A stretch of 55,029 nt of DNA, taken from NCBI GenBank assembly GCA_965371515.1, contig CBDUYR010000016.1:1-55029 (forward strand), read 5' to 3'. Of this stretch, positions 50,424 to 55,029 are shown one piece after another (the first letter of the stretch is position 1; each line of letters starts with the position of its first letter). The position numbers were made by a program, and so were the translations under genes. The stretch is from an uncultured bacterium (GTDB lineage Bacteria; Krumholzibacteriota; Krumholzibacteriia; Krumholzibacteriales; Krumholzibacteriaceae). The notes under the pieces are model-generated. The model was not told the origin of the DNA, did not search any database, and saw only the letters and a list, made by a program, of their open reading frames with translations.

Positions 50424-50846
50424 CTATTTTTCCTCGACATGCAGTCCCGGGACTTTCTCTCTGTAGTCCCCGAGCAGAGGCAGGTGCCAGTATTCTCCGA
50501 ACAGGGCCTTGACAAACCCTACTACCGACAGCGTCAGCGCGCCTAGCCCTGCTGCGAGCCGGAACAGCCCTATTACGAGCATCCCGACAAGCCTGATCTT
50601 TCCTATCGTCACCTCCAGTATCAGTGTCGCCACGAGGACGACGCATTCGGCGAGTAGCAGAAGGAATCCCTGTCTCGCATGGTACTTGATGAAGGGATCG
50701 TCCTTCGAGCGCCACAGAGAGAAAAAACAGAGGAAGGTGAGATAGCTCATAGCTGCTAGCCACCTTGACCTCTCCGAGGGAGAATTCGTCAGATCCTCCC
50801 CTTCGAGTGGGGTATTTGAAAGTTCGTTGTTCATGAGATCACCCAC
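50424..50846 (-). CDS. DUF4870-like membrane protein
   Basis: AAMSYL, FIKYHARQG, G...LPLLG. Start may be ATG 50834. Confidence 0.75.
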   Translation of the reverse strand: MGDLMNNELSNTPLEGEDLTNSPSERSRWLAAMSYLTFLCFFSLWRSKDDPFIKYHARQGFLLLLAECVVLVATLILEVTIGKIRLVGMLVIGLFRLAAGLGALTLSVVGFVKALFGEYWHLPLLGDYREKVPGLHVEEK

Positions 50847-51507
50847 GCAAGATCTCTATCTCTATCTCTATGTCTCGCTTCTCGATTCCTGACGACAGCT
50901 CGTGGAGTCTTTCCAGGACCTCTATTGCCTTCTCTCTCCTGTCGCTCATCTTGAGAGCATCGGCCGCCTTTCTAAGGTAGGCCGTTTCCACGAACGAGTT
51001 CGTTTTCATATCGCCGGCAAGTCGCAGATAGGCTTCAGAAGCCTTGTCGTAATTGCGCTCGTTTTCCCAGGCGATGGCAAGTCCCTCCAGCGCGGCGTCA
51101 TGGAAGAACGGATATTTTCCGGATCTCCGGAGATAGGTGTCGAAGAGCTCGATGGCGTGAGTGTTCCTCCCGTCCTCGAGAGCGCATTTACCGGCGAGGT
51201 AGGCTGAGTAGGCTCCCTCCTCGGATCCGCTGAACCTATCGTCGATTATCTTGAACATCTCCTCGGCGGTCTTGATGTCGCCGCTTCGGAAAGACGCGAG
51301 AGCTTCGGCATACTGCGTGGCAGCCGACTCCCGGGTTTTTTCCCTGGAATTCGACATCCAAAGGACTCCGGCGATGATCACGATGACAGCGATCAGCCCG
51401 GCGAAAAAGGCATTCTGGTGCTCGTAGATAAACTCCCTGGCACGCAGGACCGCCGTAACGAAATCGTCCTCTTTTATTTCATGTTTCGATAGTCTGTTAT
51501 GTGCCAA
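50839..51507 (-). CDS. Membrane-anchored TPR protein (YfgM-like)
   Basis: KHEIKEDDF N-terminus, one TM helix, TPR helices. Confidence 0.8.
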   Translation of the reverse strand: MAHNRLSKHEIKEDDFVTAVLRAREFIYEHQNAFFAGLIAVIVIIAGVLWMSNSREKTRESAATQYAEALASFRSGDIKTAEEMFKIIDDRFSGSEEGAYSAYLAGKCALEDGRNTHAIELFDTYLRRSGKYPFFHDAALEGLAIAWENERNYDKASEAYLRLAGDMKTNSFVETAYLRKAADALKMSDRREKAIEVLERLHELSSGIEKRDIEIEIEILRG

Positions 51508-51663
51508 ATCCAGATACCTCCTTCAGGTATAATAAACATCGAATCGTTCTCGATTTCAAGGAAAAACGCAACACCGGGTGGCCCTGAATTTCTCCGAAAA
51601 GCTTGACAGGTGACCTCTCTCTTGCGAAACTGGATACGGGCAGTCAGGACGCGGGAGGGCAAT

Positions 51664-54126
51664 GTGATCAGGTTCATCAGACTGGGATTGATCGCCGGCG
51701 CTATTCTGATCACTGTTCTCGACATCGCGGGGATATCGAGCCTGCCGAATACCCCCTACACCGGAATTCGCCATAACAACCTGGTATTCTTCGAATTCGA
51801 GGATGAAAGCCCCAACAGGGCCCTTCCGCTGGAGCGGGGCGACGAGATCGTGAAGGTCGACGGCGTTGCCATAAGGAATATCAACCATTTCCGAGCTCTG
51901 ACAGAATCGTCCCCGCAGGGCGAGTCGCAGCTCTATACTGTGGCCAGGGGACATTCTGTCCTGGAAGTGGCCGTTCAGAGTATTCCGCAGCCGGCCGCGA
52001 AGATATACAGGCGTATCTCGTACAGCCTGACGGCCTTCACCTTCATATTCCTGGGACTCGTCGTGATCCTCAGGAGACCGGACCAGCTGGGCTACCTTTT
52101 CACAGTAAACTACCTGACGATCGCGTTTCTGCTGACGATCCGCCCGGTCACTCCTGTGCCTTTCTTCCACATTGCCGGCGAACTCGTCCACGATTTTCTG
52201 TTGGTGTTTTTCCCCGCCTTTTTCCTTAACTTCTTCCTGATTTTCCCTGGAAAGGAGATCGGGAGCGGCACGAGACGGTCTATCATAAGGAAGGCCCTGT
52301 ATATCCCCCCTACCCTGATCTTCCTCGCCCTGTTCGTAGTGGCCATGCTCAGGTACTCCTCCGGGATCGAACACGGGATAGTTTTCGTGCTCAACGGCGT
52401 TACCTCTATCTGCTGGCTGCTGTACATGCTGGCCAGTGTCTTTTTCTTCGTCAGGACATACCTCACTTCCGACAATATCCAGAAAGTCAAGTTCAGGATA
52501 GCGGCTATCGGGCTGACACTCGGGATCCTTCCCCTGCTGCTTATAATGGTGATCCGATTCTTTCTTCCGGGAGTACATATCCCCCAGGAGCACGCAGCGG
52601 TGCTCTTTCTCTCATTCATCTCGGCCTCATTCGCCTATGCGATACTGAGGCATGATGTTTTCGACCTGAGCTTCGTCTTCAGGGCCGGGCTGTTCTTTGT
52701 GCTGGTGACGGTCGTCCTGGCCGCCACCCTCTTCATCTTCGGCGGCAACATGGGGGAAAGATATGCCGGATTCCTTTATGCGCGGTATTACTTCCTGGCT
52801 TTTCTCAGCGTTGTGCTGGTCATCGCAATCTTCATCCCGGGGCAAGCGAGCCTGCTAGGCATGGTAGACAGGATCTTCAACACAAACAGGAAGATCTTCA
52901 GGGAAAAGGTAATTGAGTTCTCGAGAAGCATTCAGTCGCACGGAACGCTGGAACAGATCACGGGATTCGTTACATGCACTCTAAGGGACCTGTTTGATGC
53001 TAAATACGTTCTTCTCTTTCTGGGTGACGGGGGCAGAAACTTCGCCATGGCTGGCAGCTGTCCCGATGGAACTGGAATGCCCCTCACCTCTTTACCAAGG
53101 GATACGGGGTTGATTAAACTGGCCGGCGATAAAAAACTGCCCCTGATGGTCGAATACTACGACCGTATCTGGATCAACAGCAACCTGGACAGGACATCAA
53201 GAGAATTCCTGTCCCTTTCGGGCGCTTCGGTTGTAGTTCCCCTCGTTGAACAGAGCGAACTCCTGGGGTTCGCCGTCCTCGGCAGGAAACTTTCAGGGAA
53301 GCCTTATGGCAGGATCGATGCGGAGATACTCGAGTTGCTCGGGGAGAGAAGCGCCGCCGCGGTCAGGAACCAGTTGCTATACAGGGATTCGAAAGAGAAA
53401 GAAAAGCTCGAGAAAGAGGTTCATCTGGCAAGTCAGATACAGAAACGCCTCCTCCCCACTGCTCCTCCCGTCATGAAAAACGCCGAGATACTCGGAGACA
53501 TGAGAACCAGCAGGGAAGTAGGAGGAGATTTCTACGACTACCTCGATCTTGCTCCTGGAATCACAGGTCTGGCCGTTGCCGATGTTTCTGGTAAAGGAAT
53601 ACCCGCCTCTCTCCTTATGACAACGCTTCAGGCGGGGTTCAGGGCGGAAGCAACGGCGGCGAAATCACCGGCCGATGTGTTGACTTCTCTCAACCGGCTG
53701 CTCTTCGATAGAAGCGACCTGAGCAGATTTGCTACGATCTTCTACGCTGTTTACGACGAGGAGACGAGAATACTGACTTACAGCAACGGAGGAGCCTTCC
53801 CTCCCATCGTCCTTCGAGGGGACGGTGGTATAACGAAGCTTCAACGCGGTGGTATACTCGTCGGCGTCGATCCGGACTCGAATTTCAGCAACGGTGTACT
53901 CAAACTTAGGAGCGGTGATCTGATAATATCCTATACGGATGGATTCATCGACCAGGAGAACCGTTCTGGAGAGTACTTCGGCGAGGATAGGCTCCTGAAC
54001 TTTCTGAAGGCCAACCGGTCGCTGGAGATGGACGAGCTGATGAAAAAGCTCTTCCGCGATGTGCTCGCGTTCGGAGACGGGAAAGTCATGGACGATATGA
54101 CAGCGGTGATTCTAAGGATCAAGTAG
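51664..54126 (+). CDS. Membrane PDZ + multi-TM + GAF + SpoIIE/PP2C protein phosphatase
   Basis: GDEIVKVDG (PDZ), VGGDFYD, ADVSGKG, YTDG, DDMT. GTG 51664 has a GGGAGG RBS. Confidence 0.93.
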   Translation: MIRFIRLGLIAGAILITVLDIAGISSLPNTPYTGIRHNNLVFFEFEDESPNRALPLERGDEIVKVDGVAIRNINHFRALTESSPQGESQLYTVARGHSVLEVAVQSIPQPAAKIYRRISYSLTAFTFIFLGLVVILRRPDQLGYLFTVNYLTIAFLLTIRPVTPVPFFHIAGELVHDFLLVFFPAFFLNFFLIFPGKEIGSGTRRSIIRKALYIPPTLIFLALFVVAMLRYSSGIEHGIVFVLNGVTSICWLLYMLASVFFFVRTYLTSDNIQKVKFRIAAIGLTLGILPLLLIMVIRFFLPGVHIPQEHAAVLFLSFISASFAYAILRHDVFDLSFVFRAGLFFVLVTVVLAATLFIFGGNMGERYAGFLYARYYFLAFLSVVLVIAIFIPGQASLLGMVDRIFNTNRKIFREKVIEFSRSIQSHGTLEQITGFVTCTLRDLFDAKYVLLFLGDGGRNFAMAGSCPDGTGMPLTSLPRDTGLIKLAGDKKLPLMVEYYDRIWINSNLDRTSREFLSLSGASVVVPLVEQSELLGFAVLGRKLSGKPYGRIDAEILELLGERSAAAVRNQLLYRDSKEKEKLEKEVHLASQIQKRLLPTAPPVMKNAEILGDMRTSREVGGDFYDYLDLAPGITGLAVADVSGKGIPASLLMTTLQAGFRAEATAAKSPADVLTSLNRLLFDRSDLSRFATIFYAVYDEETRILTYSNGGAFPPIVLRGDGGITKLQRGGILVGVDPDSNFSNGVLKLRSGDLIISYTDGFIDQENRSGEYFGEDRLLNFLKANRSLEMDELMKKLFRDVLAFGDGKVMDDMTAVILRIK

Positions 54127-54145
54127 GCAGATTTCAAGAAGAAAT

Positions 54146-54320
54146 GTAAAATGGGGAGCGGCGAACCACTCCCCATCTTTTTTTGGGACCATTCGGACTA
54201 CATTGCGTTACGTGTCTTTTCAACTCTACAGAGGCCTGAGCAGCAAGATCGCTTCGCTTGATAGAATTGGCTTGGGAGCCGATGAATCACGATCGCGCAG
54301 TCCGCTTGCCCCAAACTCTT
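54146..54320 (-). ncRNA. Candidate novel structured RNA (~175 nt)
   Basis: Lies between a TTGACA-16-TATAAT promoter and a terminator. Long interrupted stem: TTTGGGGC/GTCCCAAA, CGGACTGC/GTAGTCCG, CGTG/CACG. Confidence 0.6.
54147..54184. terminator. Bidirectional intrinsic terminator
   Basis: ATGGGGAG/CTCCCCAT stem with a T-tract on the plus strand and TTTT on the minus strand. Confidence 0.85.
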
Positions 54321-54325
54321 CCATG

Positions 54326-54353
54326 ATTATACAGCCAGCGAACAGCCTGTCAA
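54326..54353 (-). promoter_or_regulatory. Consensus sigma70 promoter TTGACA-N16-TATAAT
   Basis: Both hexamers are perfect, with an AT-rich UP-like region upstream. Confidence 0.85.
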
Positions 54354-54474
54354 GGGAAAAAACGAATAATTATCATTTTATAACTGCCGTAAATACAACA
54401 CCATACAGCACATACTTTACAAGCTGGGTTATATTAAGATGTATTAATGACAAAATGTTCTTGGGGGATAAGTT

Positions 54475-54514
54475 AAACGTTCCCGCCGATACACCCCTAT
54501 CGACGGGAACATTT
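54475..54514 (-). terminator. Long hairpin, probable terminator of the micropeptide transcript
   Basis: AAATGTTCCCGTCGATA / TATCGGCGGGAACGTTT; G-U pairs favour the minus strand. Confidence 0.65.
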
Positions 54515-54541
54515 ATACCTTTCAGGAGCGAGACAGAGTTT

Positions 54542-54589
54542 TCATCGAAGCCACCAGAACAAATCGATTATCAGTAGTATCGGCAGCAC
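54542..54589 (-). CDS. Candidate hydrophobic micropeptide MLPILLIIDLFWWLR (20 aa if started at ATG 54604)
   Basis: GGAGGTGA SD 5 nt before GTG, sigma54-type promoter upstream, hairpin downstream. Confidence 0.5.
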   Translation of the reverse strand: MLPILLIIDLFWWLR

Positions 54590-54665
54590 CGTGATCACCT
54601 CCATGGCAAATTTCTCAATCTCCCAGTGAAACGTGTCTCCCGGCAAGTCCGGCTGAAAATGGAGT

Positions 54666-54681
54666 TGCATACAGCGTGCCT
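54666..54681 (-). promoter_or_regulatory. Putative sigma54 promoter AGGCACGCTGTATGCA
   Basis: GGCACG-N5-TGCA gives exact GG-N10-GC spacing. Confidence 0.6.
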
Positions 54682-54976
54682 TTAAACGAAAAGACAGCCT
54701 GAGGAATTACGGGGAAGATTCAGCCTTTCTAAACAATTGTTAATGTAGGAGATAGTGTCTATAGAGAATGGTATCAAGCGATGTCCCTCTCTTGCCGGTA
54801 TATCCTGGACCGGTTAGAATGTTGCCGGATAGTGGATGGATATATGCAACTGGTCATGCAATATACCATGCCTGGAGAGAAGTAATTCTGCGAGTTGTAC
54901 GATATAGGTGAACTTATTGGCTAATGCAGGATTCATCGGTGGTCAGTATGGAATGCCTTGGCAGAAACATATTAAA

Positions 54977-55029
54977 TGGCGCCCCCGGCATGACTCGAAC
55001 ATGCGACACCCGGTTTAGGAAACCGGTGC
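54977..55029 (-). tRNA. tRNA-Arg(CCT), 3' part only (truncated by the window edge), CCA encoded
   Basis: Reverse complement: ...CCGGT-TT/CCT/AA-ACCGG..GCATGTTCGAGTCATGC-CGGGGGCGCCA. Confidence 0.93.

Noticed and set aside
50853..50872. (CTCTAT)n microsatellite
   Set aside because: It encodes the IEIEIEI C-terminus of the TPR protein; too short to suggest phase variation.
54226..54324. 32-aa minus-strand ORF MEEFGASG... over the second ncRNA candidate
   Set aside because: Its ATG lies 1 nt after the -10 box, upstream of the expected TSS, and has no SD.
54203..54577. 124-aa plus-strand ORF
   Set aside because: No RBS or recognisable motifs, and it overlaps minus-strand promoter, hairpin and RNA signals.
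54190..54976. Prophage or integrative element at the tRNA-Arg(CCT) 3' end
   Set aside because: No integrase fragment or duplicated tRNA 3' end (att) seen.

Overview
Core-chromosome window from a GC-rich diderm bacterium. The TWGxIK C-terminal motif, FlgD/T9SS-like tail and LptE suggest a Krumholzibacteriota/Latescibacterota-like lineage (inference). Left end: a membrane Ser/Thr kinase divergent from an ECF sigma / ZAS anti-sigma / lipoprotein operon, then tRNA-Leu with a CCA-adding enzyme, and a solitary dnaK. Next is a long housekeeping superoperon: tRNA-Val-thrS-infC-rpmI-rplT-pheST-zapB-like-zapA-6S RNA-rny-ymdB-folD-xseAB-ispA-DUF212-dxs-nadK-recN-tRNA-Arg. It is followed by an M28 peptidase, a diguanylate cyclase, and a partial Wzy-type polysaccharide export locus linked to a Cys-rich GAF/PAS kinase and a sigma54 activator, then lptE-holA-trx-TusA-like-leuS. 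The right end holds an AT-rich methyltransferase next to a probable chromosomal dif site, a secreted TWGxIK-motif protein, a PDZ/GAF/PP2C phosphatase and a partial tRNA-Arg. Features the ORF track does not show: two minus-strand structured RNA candidates behind near-consensus sigma70 promoters (~6097-6198, ~54146-54320), a putative sigma54-driven 15-20 aa hydrophobic micropeptide (54542-54604), three sigma54-type promoters, a dif site, an ATC-initiated infC behind an L20-type leader, and a recN stop codon inside a tRNA.
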